Below, one piece after another: positions 1 through 11,035 of a stretch of DNA of 64,000 nt (positions are counted from its first letter, which is position 1; each line of letters begins with the position of its first letter). The position numbers and the translations under genes are program-made. The notes under the pieces are model-generated. The model made no database searches. It saw only the letters and a program-made list of their open reading frames with translations, and was not told the origin of the DNA. Origin of the DNA: Dudresnaya verticillata (taxonomy: Eukaryota). The stretch spans positions 1,736,001 to 1,800,000 of the forward strand of contig OZ374562.1 in the NCBI GenBank assembly GCA_977862235.1. Reading direction: 5' to 3'.

Positions 1-2004
1 TGGAGTCTCCGTATGGTATACAGTGATTATGCAGTGATTATGGGGCTCAGAGCTGAATTCGAACTCACGTGTTACAGTATTAGCTTCTCTCAGTGTAGAA
101 AAAGGCCCCCAATGTGCACATTGGCGACCATGGTCGCTTGGAAGCAAGGTGGCGGTTCTTTCGCGCGAACAGAATCCTGCTTGAGGAGATGTGTGATTTG
201 GAGCCAGTCGAATGGTAATGCGATACTGAGATATGACATGTCACAGTAATGATTGGCAGAGAAAAAGGCATGTGAGGAGATATGATATCAGATCTACCAG
301 GCGCAGCGCCACAAGTTGAGATGCTACACAGAGATCGCCGCTGTCGACAGCCGCAGTACATTTGCGGCGAACGTCTCGACGCATTGCTGACTTGTGTACT
401 GACGAAGCTTCCCGTCTCATCGCGCTCCCTACAAGAAGCTCTAGTGCATGCCGCTGCGCTTCTCTTGCCAGCTGCTTCCGAGTTACCCCTCTACGCTCGA
501 CCTCTACACCGTGCACCGTCACTGAGCGCGCGTCAAGTTCGCGAGCCGCAATGCACTGCTGCTGTAAGTTCCTCATTAACTCTCGCAACGACCTTCGCAC
601 GTTTTTTCTCCTATTCCAGCTTACGAACAATGCCCTTTCAGCTCTATTCATGTGGCTTGCACTTTTTGCTACGAGTTACTTCCGTTATGGAGCGAAGAAT
701 GGGATCATAGCAACGATTTACTGGCCCTAAATGACGGATCACCAACTCGCTCTGACAACTCTTTCGATAAACGGGCTATGGAAGTGCACTAAATACCAAG
801 TGAGAGTGATGCAGAGACACCAATGTTTCCAGTACCAGAACCGGTACCGGCAATGATTTATACCATTCCCCTCTTGGTATGCGGTTCACTGGCCTTTCTT
901 AAGGTTGAAGGTTGTATCAGTGGTCAGTGCTTGGCATTGCCTCAGAGATTAGTTCCGATGAAGGGCCGAAGACTTGGTTACTTATCTTGCGAATGGGTAT
1001 TATTTCGAAGCGGAACTCACCAGCACCTCTGGCCACACCCTTTCGGCTCACCAATCCGTTACATATTAGGTCTGCAGTAACTAAGAAGATCGTTTCTGAT
1101 GCTTGCTGATTCTCGAAGTATATCAGTGGAGCGGGCCTTGGAACTCCCCATGCTGAATGCACCGATCTTAAAAAAGCATTACGAACTTCAGGCAGCACGA
1201 CGGAAGGAACGACGGCCATTAACAGAGAAAAAATAGGCGCCGCCGCAACGGCTTCAGCTGGATTGGTATACAAGCAGACGTCGCCGTCCCAAGAGAGTTT
1301 TTGCCTTCCACCATCGATACATAGAGCTACCGCTCCAGTAATAGTCTCCAGGGCGGACCTTGGCAACAGAGCATCGCCTCACCCTCCTTTTATCAATGCT
1401 GAAGACATTCGCATCCATCCTGCGACAGACCGAGTAGCCTTCTTCCGTCATCATCTGACCAACACGTCAATATCAAAAATGCGTTGATCTACAGTTCGTT
1501 GTGTGTGTGGCGGTGTGGCTGCGCAGGGTTGGGTGGGGGTGGGGGCGTGTAGCGACAGAGCAAGGTGGGGTGGGTGGGCGTGAAGCGACTGCGCAAGGTG
1601 GGCTGGGGGGCGTTTAGTGACCGTGGCGGTGCGGTTGACGGGGCCTGGTGTTGTGGCTGCGCTGGGGAATTGAGGGCCTCGGGCGACGTGAGTCCTGGGG
1701 CCCTTCGCTGCAGTCAGCAGCGAGTGGCTTGCCGGGCGGGGCCCGTTGACATGCGGGTCCAGTGCCAAATTACGGCAGGTCGGGCCTGGCCCGCAGGCCA
1801 TTGGCGGGGCCCGGGGCAATTTCTGAGAAATATTTCCGGAAATTTTCAGAAGAAATTCGGGGCAGTTCAGGGGCGCATTTAGCTGTGTGCGGACGACTAT
1901 AACTTCGGAACGGCTAGGCTTTAGAGCCAGCGGTTTCCACCGTTGTTCCCACGTCGTTCTCGCCTGTCGAATGCATGTAGGAAACGAGGGTTTTTTGATT
2001 CTGT

Positions 2005-2610
2005 TCAAATCGGAAAATTCTGAAGCTGTAAAAAGCAGTGTTCTGTGTAGTAGAGATGAAGCAACATTTCTTCAAGCGTTCTAAACGCTCGCTCGGACTG
2101 GCCATCTGTCTGTAGATGAAATGCGGTTGAAAGGTTCAGCTTAGCTTGTAACAATTTCATCTGCTCTTGCCAAAATGGCCCCGTAAAGCGGATATCTCTA
2201 TCTGATATAATTTTCTTCGGTATTCCATGATGTTTGTATACTTCTTCATAAAATACTTGCGCGACATTGAACCCGTTAAAGTTGGGTTCTACAGCGATGA
2301 AGTGCGCTCGCTTCAATAATTTGTCCACCGCAACCATGATGGCGTTTTTGTTAGGTTTCGTCTTAGGTAGGTCAAAAATGAAGTCAATGGATATTCCCTC
2401 CCACTTACGTGTTGGCGGAGGGAGTGGTCGGCTAGTTCCTGGTGCCTTTTGGTTCCTGCTTTTCGATTCCTGGCACCTCTGGCAACTCTTTACATAGTTG
2501 TAAACTTCCTTTTTCTTGTTTGACCAGAAGTAATGGCTCGATATATTATGAAGCGTCCGTTTATAACCTTGGTGTGCTCCAATTAAGGACTCATGGTTAT
2601 CATGTAGCAC
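2005..2610 (-). pseudogene. Retrotransposon integrase (HHCC zinc finger + DDE core), C-terminally truncated near 2050
   Basis: GAHQG...VKSCQRCQ, WEGISIDFI, IISDRD, STAFHLQTDGQSER motifs. Confidence 0.9.
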
Positions 2611-2700
2611 TGTTTTTCTTGTCCCGCCTTCTCGTAGGCATAATCTATTTTCGAAATAAAGCCTCCTGCCCTTCCGCTTATACGGTTCTGATGGCTTATT

Positions 2701-3510
2701 TTATTGTTCTCCAAATTTCTCGTCTTCCAGATACTCCTTTTCTAATCGTTTAAGCACCCGCTCTGAGACGGATACGGTAGTTATCGTCATTATTTTTGAC
2801 ATGAAGGAGGTGGATGTCTTATACACTTCCTTGTACTGCCTAGAAAGAGCGTCTGCGACTTTGTTTTCGTTTCCCTTGATAGTGTGTACTTCGTAATCAA
2901 ACTCTTGCATAAACTCAACCCACCTCGCTTGTGTACGTGATAGGTCTTTTTTGTATCCAAGTACTTCCATGGATTGATCCTCTGTATGTATCTTGAACTT
3001 AGCTCCATGTAGATAAGATCTCCACGTCTGTAATGCATGCACAATAGCTAATAACTCTCGCTCATGGGTACTGTAACCTTGCTCTGCAGGATTCAATTTC
3101 CTTGATGCATAAGCAACTGGTCTGCTTCCCACTTCATCTTTTTGTGATAATAATGCTCCTATTCCTGTACCAGAAGCGTCAGCTGTTATATCGTAGGGTA
3201 AACCTGGGCCTGCACAACGTAACACAGGTGTTTTCCTTAAAGATTATTTTAACTGTTCAAAGGCAATTTGTTCTTTTCAGCCCACACAAAGGCGTTTTTC
3301 TTTTTCGTCAGCTCTGTTAAAGGAGTCCCGAGAGTAGCAAAATATTCCATGAACCTCCTGTAATAATTGCAAAGTCCTAGAAAACTCTTCAAGCTCTGTT
3401 TTTGATAACTTGTAGAGTGGTCCCATCTTTGGTCTCACACTCTCTTCCAAGTTTATTTTCATCTCCACTACCCTCTTCGGGGGTACCCCTTTGGAAGTTG
3501 GGCTCGACAT
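2701..3510 (-). pseudogene. Gypsy RNase H plus RT remnants (RT core deleted near 3375)
   Basis: DITADASGTGIGALL, PVAYASRKL, ERELLAIV, NKVADALSR. The upstream PLYKLSKTELEE (RT N-terminus) joins directly to the RT thumb/connection region. Confidence 0.85.
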
Positions 3511-3717
3511 ATATCTTTTTAGTCCACCAATATTCTATTTAGTTTTATTTATATTCCTCTGCTTCAGGGCTGCTGGCTGATAAACCGTCAGGACTATTAC
3601 CTGCTTTACTTTCAGGACTGTTATCTGTGTGGTTCCCAGGACTATTACCTGTTTCTTTTTCTTGTTCTCTAGTGTTCTTTATCAATACGTGATATATCAC
3701 ACTTCTTTCTCTGCTGA

Positions 3718-4332
3718 CTAATATCTTACATTGTTTACTTGTAAGCAATATGTCCGGAGGGATGCCCCATGATTACAAGCCTCTGCGTCCAGAGCTATTA
3801 ACCTGTCCCCTTGCTTAAGGAGCATGCGGTTCAACTTCCAGTTGATTATTGGATTAGCTTTAGAACGCCACGTCTTGCCTAGGATTAAGTCGTAAGCGAT
3901 CCAATCAACTATATATGGTCTGACCATTATAAGGGCCTCTCCAATCCGCATTTCCAGGTCCTCCACACACCTTTCCATCGGAACAAGTGTCTGGTCCCAT
4001 AATTCTGCCTTAAGATCAGACTTTTCTCTCTGCAGTTCCATCTCGTCTGCGTATTTATTTGATATTGCTATTTCGTCACAACCAGAGTCGAACAACGTCT
4101 TGCAATGGAAATTACTGGTACCACTTCGTGCCGTCCCATTGTAGACCAACAATGCTTGTCGCCTGGACTTCCTTCTCTTTTTTGATGGTGAAAATGCACA
4201 TACTTTTATACTACCCACTAATCCCTCTTTTTGTTCTTTTTCTTGTTTTTGGAATGTTTTTGTATTTTTTGTATCTTTTTCTTGACCCTCGGATATTATT
4301 TGTTTCTCCGTCGCCGTGCCGAAGTGACTCAA
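3718..4332 (-). pseudogene. Retropepsin-like aspartic protease
   Basis: TLFDSGC catalytic motif, DLILGKTW, PIINWK. Confidence 0.85.
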
Positions 4333-4337
4333 CGGAA

Positions 4338-5137
4338 TTAGTTTTTCTCTTCCTGTTTTTCGGTTTGGTTAGCCCCATTTTTGTAATGCTGTGTTGTATA
4401 ACACACTTTTTGCGCACAGCTGAAACAAAGATTTTCATCCATATAGCGTTTCCTTTCTGCTAGTGATAGGCGATTTCCTCGTCTCTGGGGTATCGTTCCA
4501 ATCTGCATCGGTACTGGCCCATCTGATGGGTTTCTATTTCCATTCCGGAAACCACGTCCACTCTGGTCCTGTGTTTCAGACCCTGACTGTAGTGAAATAT
4601 CTGTTCTGCTGGAGCAATGCTGTGTATTTGTAACAGCCACTTAGAGAACTCCTGGTTGTATTTTCTAACTGCGTTTAGGCTTCCCATTTGTCTTAATTCA
4701 TTTAGCATCTTACGTGCATTCAACTCTCTGTTTACAGGTTCAAAGTGTCCGAACAATTTAGTCTTAAATACTTCAAATGTTGGTATATCAATGTTATTTG
4801 AACTTATTAACTTCCACCATTGTATTCCAGCACCATTCATATATCTTACGGCATACTTAACATTTTCATCTTCAGGTATAGGATTGTTCTGGCTATTGAA
4901 TATATTCTCAATGCTTTTAAGCCAACTCCGAGCAAATTTACCGCTGACCTTATCAGGTTTACCCGTTCTTAGGTTATTGCCGATGTTTGTTTGCGTCACA
5001 TTTTGATATGTCTGAGTTGCTTCTTGCAAGGTCTCGTTAGCCTGTCCAAGCTGTTGCTGTAAGGCGGCTACTTGGTTATGTAAATTTTGGACCTGCTGTG
5101 TTGGGTCCATTTTCCTAATTTCAATAATATCTTCCAA
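4338..5137 (-). pseudogene. Retrotransposon gag (frameshifted) with degenerate zinc knuckle
   Basis: Coiled-coil N-terminus; capsid-like region (LRQMGS..VRKYNQEF, FHYSQGLK); PVPMQIG; ENLCFSC. Confidence 0.8.
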
Positions 5138-5217
5138 ACAAGATCACTTTATTTCTTAGTTCTTGCAGTTTCGGAGCACCTTAGAAATCTCCCGAACGTA
5201 CACTTTTGGTGGCTTAG

Positions 5218-5607
5218 CTATGACGTGCCACTTGTAAATATAGCCACTCTCAGTTTCACTAGGTCACGAAGCCGATTTCCTCGCCTAATATGTTCCTCAC
5301 CGTACTGGTGATTTTTGAACAATATTTTACTACTGTAACGCGCTGCACAAAGGTCACAGTTAATGTTAACAAAACGGTCGTATTGGCGATCTAAATGGCT
5401 TGCAGCTGTATTGAATCCTTCTCTCTTGAATATTTCTTCCAGGTGTAATTTGGATGTGTTATAGTCGTCCCACGACTGGTTGGAAAATTTAGTGTGACCG
5501 CACTGGAAACACTTTTTGTTACTGTAATTAGGCTTGGGCGTAATATTGAATATCGGTCCCGATAAAGCCCTGGGTAATTTTGCCAAACATTTGCCCTTAT
5601 TTTCCAT
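5218..5607 (-). CDS. Extra ORF upstream of gag with two matrin/U1-type C2H2 zinc-finger repeats (one degenerate)
   Basis: CDLC-x12-H-QYGEE-H and CFQC-x12-Y-NTSKL-H; lies between the PBS and gag. Confidence 0.55.
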   Translation of the reverse strand: MENKGKCLAKLPRALSGPIFNITPKPNYSNKKCFQCGHTKFSNQSWDDYNTSKLHLEEIFKREGFNTAASHLDRQYDRFVNINCDLCAARYSSKILFKNHQYGEEHIRRGNRLRDLVKLRVAIFTSGTS

Positions 5608-5769
5608 GTTTGTTAGCTTCTCTTTTCCTTCATTTTCACTTGTTCTTTTTCAATTGTTTTCTCCGTATTTGACTTATTCGGTGCTGCTGGTCTCAGAGGT
5701 TGCTCGGCCTTATTTGGTTCACTGCTGTGCGGACTGGCGCTCACTGCTCACAAAAACGTTAGCGATCGG

Positions 5770-5785
5770 GTTGGCGATGCTACCA
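5770..5785 (-). promoter_or_regulatory. Putative primer-binding site of G0
   Basis: Minus strand reads ...CGACA-AAT-TGGTAGCATCGCC: a TGG start 3 nt after a CA LTR end. Confidence 0.5.
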
Positions 5786-5788
5786 ATT

Positions 5789-6157
5789 TGTCGTGCCACA
5801 GAGTGCACTGTAATGAATAAACGTACTGTTAGTTTTGTGGGTGATTGATGAAAACACGTAATTCTTTTGACGACTGCTTGGAACTTGCCGACTCAGAAGT
5901 TTTTGCTTCAGACTTTTGCGGCCTGCCTCCCTTTCTCTGAGAGGGGTCAGGGCAGACCTCCTTTATATAATTCTAGTAGTTACAGAAAGCTCGATGGAAC
6001 TTACTAAAACTAGATATTAGTCTATAGACTAAGTAAAAGACTAAAATAGGGACTAACACCTCTCTAGATTGATAATTCATTAAAAAATGCTGAGGTCAGC
6101 TGCTATTATGGCACGCTGCTGTTTTTCCACGGTGCTGTTTTGTTACTGATTGTAACA
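5789..6157 (-). repeat. Putative 5' LTR of G0
   Basis: Ends in ACA just before the PBS; minus-strand TATATAAAG at ~5961-5969; TGTTAC candidate start. No second copy in the window. Confidence 0.35.
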
Positions 6158-6781
6158 TCGAAGCCGGCTTCAAGCATGTAAAGTCGGCAAAGCCGTTGCG
6201 GAGCACTTTGTGCGACTGCTGGCGCGCCAGTACCGCCAATGCGCGGGTCACAGAGCGATGCGGGAGGCGCCTGGGCGCTGCGCGCGGCGACAGCGCTGGA
6301 CCGGGGCAAAAGTTGGAAATAAGATTTAAAGGAAGTTTCGAAACAAATCGAAACTTTTGCGAAAGTTTCGTGCTGTATAGACGCCATATGTAGAGAGCCA
6401 AAACTTCCGCTGCATAGGTGCCCTCCCAAACCGATTTCATCACTGTTCTTCGCTTGAGCTAGAAGCCAATCATGGAAATGTGGCTAAATTCGTAAATGCA
6501 GAAACATACAATCAATCGCGCATGGTCCTACAGAACCCAAACAAAAGCTCCAGATACAGGAAATGTTCGCCATAGGGGAGCTTCAAAAAGCGCAGAAGCC
6601 TCAAGCCATGGTTCCCAAGAGTGCCAAGCTTGATTTACCAAAGTTAACAACGCAGTTATGCGCTGCGATTGTACAAGAACACTTCCGCAGTTAGCAATAG
6701 CACTTCGGATTCAATACCGGATAAGGTAGCGAGCATCTGCTCATGCGATCGTAGATACAACGCAGGTGTTGAAAGTTTCTC

Positions 6782-7762
6782 TCAGATCTCCACATATGCG
6801 ATGTGTGCGTACATATAGAACTCTTCTGCAGACAGGTTATATTGTGAAAACAGGCGCGAATAATCCTTCTTCGACTGAACAATTGCCCGAGAGGTATGCA
6901 CGGGGTCGTACATAATCGGTTTTTTCAAGCCAGTGAGCGTCTCGTTGACAGCTGGAGGGAATTCATAGTAAAAGGATGTCCTTTCACGCATCTGATCTCC
7001 GAATTTCAAGTGCTCGTCCCAGGTTTGGGGTTTTCTAGTTCTCCCAAAATTATCAAGAACTCTGCCTGGCCATATATCCTTTCGGCGCCGCTCACATATC
7101 CACTTAAAACTATAGTTATCGCCTTCGTTGTATCCAAAGTTGTCATCAATAATGAACCGACGGAAACCCTTCGGTGCTGCCTCGAGGAATACACGACGGA
7201 AGCCGGACTGGTGGTCGTCTAGAAAGACGAGGGTCTCAGCAGGATCGATTCCCTTCGCGTGCCAATCCACTTCGGCGATATCAACAAAGTCATCCATGTT
7301 AAAGTACTCGACGCCTGGTAGTTTGGCGTCCGGAGGCCTCGGATCGAATGTAAATATCTTTACGCCAGGAAGGGTTTTGTACATGAGCCAGGTTGAGTGC
7401 CCACGGAAGGCGCTCGACTCGATAATAAACTTGGGTGGAGGGTGCATATGTCGGAGCATGTACCACAGTGCAAAGGAATGGTGCAGTTGCATTCCTCCTT
7501 TGTTGTTTTCGATAGTCCTTTCAGAATACAAGCGCAAGAATTCGGGTAGAGCTGCTCTTATATGATTCAAGCAAGCCCATGGGGGGCGGCGCGGCTTACC
7601 AATTGCTTGGCAGTCCCCACCGTCCGGAGGGGACTTCTCACAAGTGTTTGAACGTGTTACAGAAATCGGGTCCATTAACAGCCTTTGATAAATTAAGAAG
7701 GAAGCGGGTAAGAGAATTATTGCCACAATCGCACGCCGTGAATAAAAGCATTTCCCTGTCAT
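6782..7762 (-). CDS. Type II membrane (Golgi-like) protein with putative class I SAM-methyltransferase-like domain
   Basis: Intact 326-aa ORF; N-terminal TM (AIVAIILLPASFLIY); motifs FIIESSAFRGHSTW, FTFDP, LVFLDDHQ, IIDDN resemble an uncharacterised plant/algal MTase-fold family. Confidence 0.75.
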   Translation of the reverse strand: MTGKCFYSRRAIVAIILLPASFLIYQRLLMDPISVTRSNTCEKSPPDGGDCQAIGKPRRPPWACLNHIRAALPEFLRLYSERTIENNKGGMQLHHSFALWYMLRHMHPPPKFIIESSAFRGHSTWLMYKTLPGVKIFTFDPRPPDAKLPGVEYFNMDDFVDIAEVDWHAKGIDPAETLVFLDDHQSGFRRVFLEAAPKGFRRFIIDDNFGYNEGDNYSFKWICERRRKDIWPGRVLDNFGRTRKPQTWDEHLKFGDQMRERTSFYYEFPPAVNETLTGLKKPIMYDPVHTSRAIVQSKKDYSRLFSQYNLSAEEFYMYAHIAYVEI

Positions 7763-8599
7763 GGAAACTATGAACTGTGAGCCACACCGGCCTAGCGGGG
7801 AATGTGGATTAGGTATTCAGGTTTCAGAGGTTAGGATTTGTAGGAGATTGAAAGATGGCATAATTTTGCCTTCTGGGTTTCCTGTTCTCGAAAAACTTTA
7901 GTCCGGCATTCCTGAATTTCTATTTTCCTCCCAAGTATCATGCTCGCGAATCGCGGGATTTATGAATTTCTCAATCGACCTGTACTTCTATCATATCATC
8001 GGTTCTTTTGTTCATTTAATTACACACTTTTGCTAGGAAGTGCTCGAATGGATTTTTTCGTTTTGGGTATTACATTATTTGTAGAATATATCCGTTTTTA
8101 TTTTGTGGAAATTTCGCTCTGTGTAACTCAGGTAAAGAAAATAGTTTCGGATTTCTGATAGTTGCCGTAATCATAAAATAGTCATAAGAGGGAAGTTCTG
8201 CCTTATCGCCTTTTTTAAATTTGTGTTATGCTGTGTAGTCGGATTCGTGAATTCGGGAGCACTGGGATTTGTACTTTTTCGGAGTTTCAATATTCGTGAC
8301 GGTTTGGGATTTGGAAGTGGCATGATCGGTTGGATTTTTGTACATGGACCATTCAAATGTCCTACAAGGAAATGCTTGCCGATGAGTATTTCTCTTTTTT
8401 GCGCTTCAGAGCCTGTTTCACACATTGCAGTTTCGCGATGTTTATTTCAATTTAGTCTGGAACAGGCTACATATATCTTCTCAGACGTAATACGATATGG
8501 ACCTCCATCATTTAGCTAGGAATACAGATTTCATGTAAGGTCGGAGACGAGGAGCATAAGTACCGGACAGTTGCTTTGGGTATGCCCTACACTCATACT

Positions 8600-9450
8600 G
8601 AAGTAGTATCCAAATATAGAGTGCGGAAGGGGTTGTTGGAGAGAATTGCAGAAGTATGTGTTCTCGGTTTTGAGGAATCCCGAAGACGAGGAGAAGAGGT
8701 ACAATGGAAGGGCTCTGGGCGTTAATTCATACACTCAGATCACCATAGCCTCTGGATCCAGAAACGGGCTGAGAACTTTAGACGCCTCAATAGGCCCTTG
8801 GTCAATTATTATCTCTCTCGTTGGGCCGGAAGGATTGTAATTCCACAAGTGCTTCCGGTTCTCTGTATCCGAATTTAGATATAGAATCTGGGTTTGTAAT
8901 CGAAAGAAGTTCAGATTTGTACTGGATCCGGTAGGAACAGCATGGATTGTACTCACGTGTGGTGTGACGCACGCTGCTCTACTGGATCCTCTCGGGCAGC
9001 ATGCCATCGCCTGCGCTAGGCACAAAGGCGCTATCCGGCGTCATAACACCTTACGCGATGTTATGACCAACGAAATTCGTCGGGCGCAAAACGAACTGGC
9101 GGAATTCAATTCCGCCAGTCGGATTTGCGCCCGATATATGTTGAGTACTCGTTTCTCGCTGAACGTAATCTGTTTCCTAGTTCTCGCCGTCATATGGACG
9201 CGGTGGTTCCTATTCCTGCCCATATCCCCCGCCCTCAGTCCTTTGATGTTACTATGGTGGCCCCGTTTTGCTGAAAAGTACTGCACTGCGGCCGCTAACT
9301 TGGTTGGAGCCGCAGCGACACTCGCTGAACGCCCCAAACGGGCACATTACCAAGATCTGCTAGACACCAAGGGGATGGATTTCTAGGCTGTAGGTATTGA
9401 CTCGTATCGTCAGGCGTTACAGACCATTGACGGCTTTACGTCCTAACAGC
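8600..9450 (+). mobile_element. Degenerate non-LTR retrotransposon, C-terminal zinc knuckle / restriction-like endonuclease region (CRE/R2-like)
   Basis: LDPLGQHAIAC...RRHNTLRD and AATLAERPKRAHY motifs typical of RLE-type LINEs; frames disrupted; boundaries approximate. Confidence 0.6.
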
Positions 9451-9656
9451 GAGGATATAACTCTTCGGACGAAACGCAAGCGCTCACCATTCGCATTATA
9501 TCTCACCTTCCCCATTTTCAAACGCGGGCAATCAATCGCCGTCGTCCTGCCCCTCAGGTAGGTCCTTGAGTAGACCGGGCGACCTAACGCCCTTCGAACC
9601 CTACCATAAAGTTCTCCATCTCTATCTATCTCTCTCAAGAATCCGATCCGAAATGA

Positions 9657-10546
9657 TGTGGTGCAAACGTCTGTGACGGTATACCGCCGAGCAGTTCGGG
9701 GCTCGGTGGGTAGCTGCGCCCGTGGCGGTGAGTAGCCTCGCCTTGGGCGGCTTGTGGTAGAGCAGAGGACACGCCTTGGGCGGACTGTAGACGCCCGAGG
9801 CGAAAAGGAAGGGAAAAGGAAACAGAAAGGAAACACGTCAAGGACGGTGATAGACGTGGAAGCACGGGAGGTAGACGCTTGAACCGTAGGCAGCGGTAGG
9901 ATACGCGCGTGCGGAACGGGGAAGTCTGGACCAAGGCCGGCTTGCCCGGGCGTTTACTGCTACGTCTGGGACGGCTTACCTAAGTATAGTACGGCGGTGC
10001 GGCGGCGGCAGTGCGTGTGCGTCGCGCGGGAACTCGGGACACGTGTCGTCCCGACGCGCGTCTGACAGATCACCCATCGCATGCAGCCGCGCGCCTGACA
10101 GGTTGCCGTACAACCCCCTGTGTGGGTGCTTACACGCACACGTGGACGCGTGTGCCTAACACCCGTGCGCGCGCGCGTACTGTAGAGCGTGCGCGTTGGA
10201 TCTAATCTGATACTTGTCCGATCCCGATCCCATCCGGATCGGGCCAGCAATGCGAACACCTACAGCCTTACAGTATCTTACAGCTTAGGCGATCCAGATA
10301 GCCAATCTGGATACCGGATCCGGATCCCATCTGGATCCGTATTACAGTGCCCCGGGGCGCCATGTCGGCTCATCACCGTACAGTGCCCGTGTGGCGCGCA
10401 GTGTGCGCGCGCGCCCCAGTGAGCCGTCGATGACGTGTTCGCGCGCCAACGGCGGTGGTGAGCGCCGGTGGCGGTTTCTCCGTCGGTCGACGTATTTGTT
10501 GCTGCCCGCTTTCAGCGAAAAAGGGCTCACCTCCCCTTGCACCACA
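9657..10546 (-). repeat. 3' LTR of C1 (LTR family A)
   Basis: Perfect 10-bp terminal inverted repeat TGTGGTGCAA...TTGCACCACA; near-identical to 20133-20985 apart from indels; preceded on the minus strand by the PPT GGAGGGGGGTCG (10547-10558). Confidence 0.95.
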
Positions 10547-11035
10547 CGACCCCCCTCCAAAACGCGAACACGCCCGACCCTCAACCTGCTGCCGTGCGCA
10601 CTCCCGCTTCGTTCCTGCCAACTCTCGCACCTTCGCGTCTTGTGTTGGTGCGCCAACGTGTGCGTTGCGACCCCCGGCTGTGCCGTAAGAACTTCGCTCT
10701 TGTTGCGTGCTTGTGTCTGCGCGACTGCTTTGACGCTGCCCCGACATCACCGCCTGTGGCGCATAACGATTTCCGTCGTTGACGTCTATCGGATATCCCT
10801 CGCCTGGCGCGTCGCAACTTAATCGTCATCGACGTCGTTTGCCTTTGGCATCGCCAGTGGCGCAGCAGCCGAACGTCGTTGACGTGGGTTTCTTTTCCTC
10901 GCCTGAGGCGTTACAACAGTAATCGTCTTCGACGCACGCTTCTTGAAGCTTTCGCCAGTGGCGCAGAATACGAGTCGTCTTTGACGTTTGTACAGGCATC
11001 GCCGTTGGCGCGAACATATTCTCGTCGTTGACGTC

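Larger units (their letters stand above)
2005..6157 (-). mobile_element. Decayed Ty3/gypsy LTR retrotransposon (element G0); 3' end truncated within integrase, RT core deleted
   Basis: On the minus strand the order is: putative LTR, PBS, extra ORF, gag, aspartic protease (LFDSGC), RT N-terminus only, RNase H (TADASG..YASRKL..ERELLA), integrase (H..GAHQG..CQRCQ, ISIDF, SDRD, QTDGQSER). Many frameshifts and stops. The outer LTR boundary (~6157) is a guess. Confidence 0.85.

Noticed and set aside
241..1454. Minus-strand ORF fragments that could be a decayed gene
   Set aside because: No recognisable motif and multiple stops; I cannot support a call.
9417..9934. ORFs repeated at 20115-20410 (MFPFCFLFPS..., MVQTSPF...)
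   Set aside because: They are translations of the duplicated LTR, with non-ATG starts and no coding evidence.
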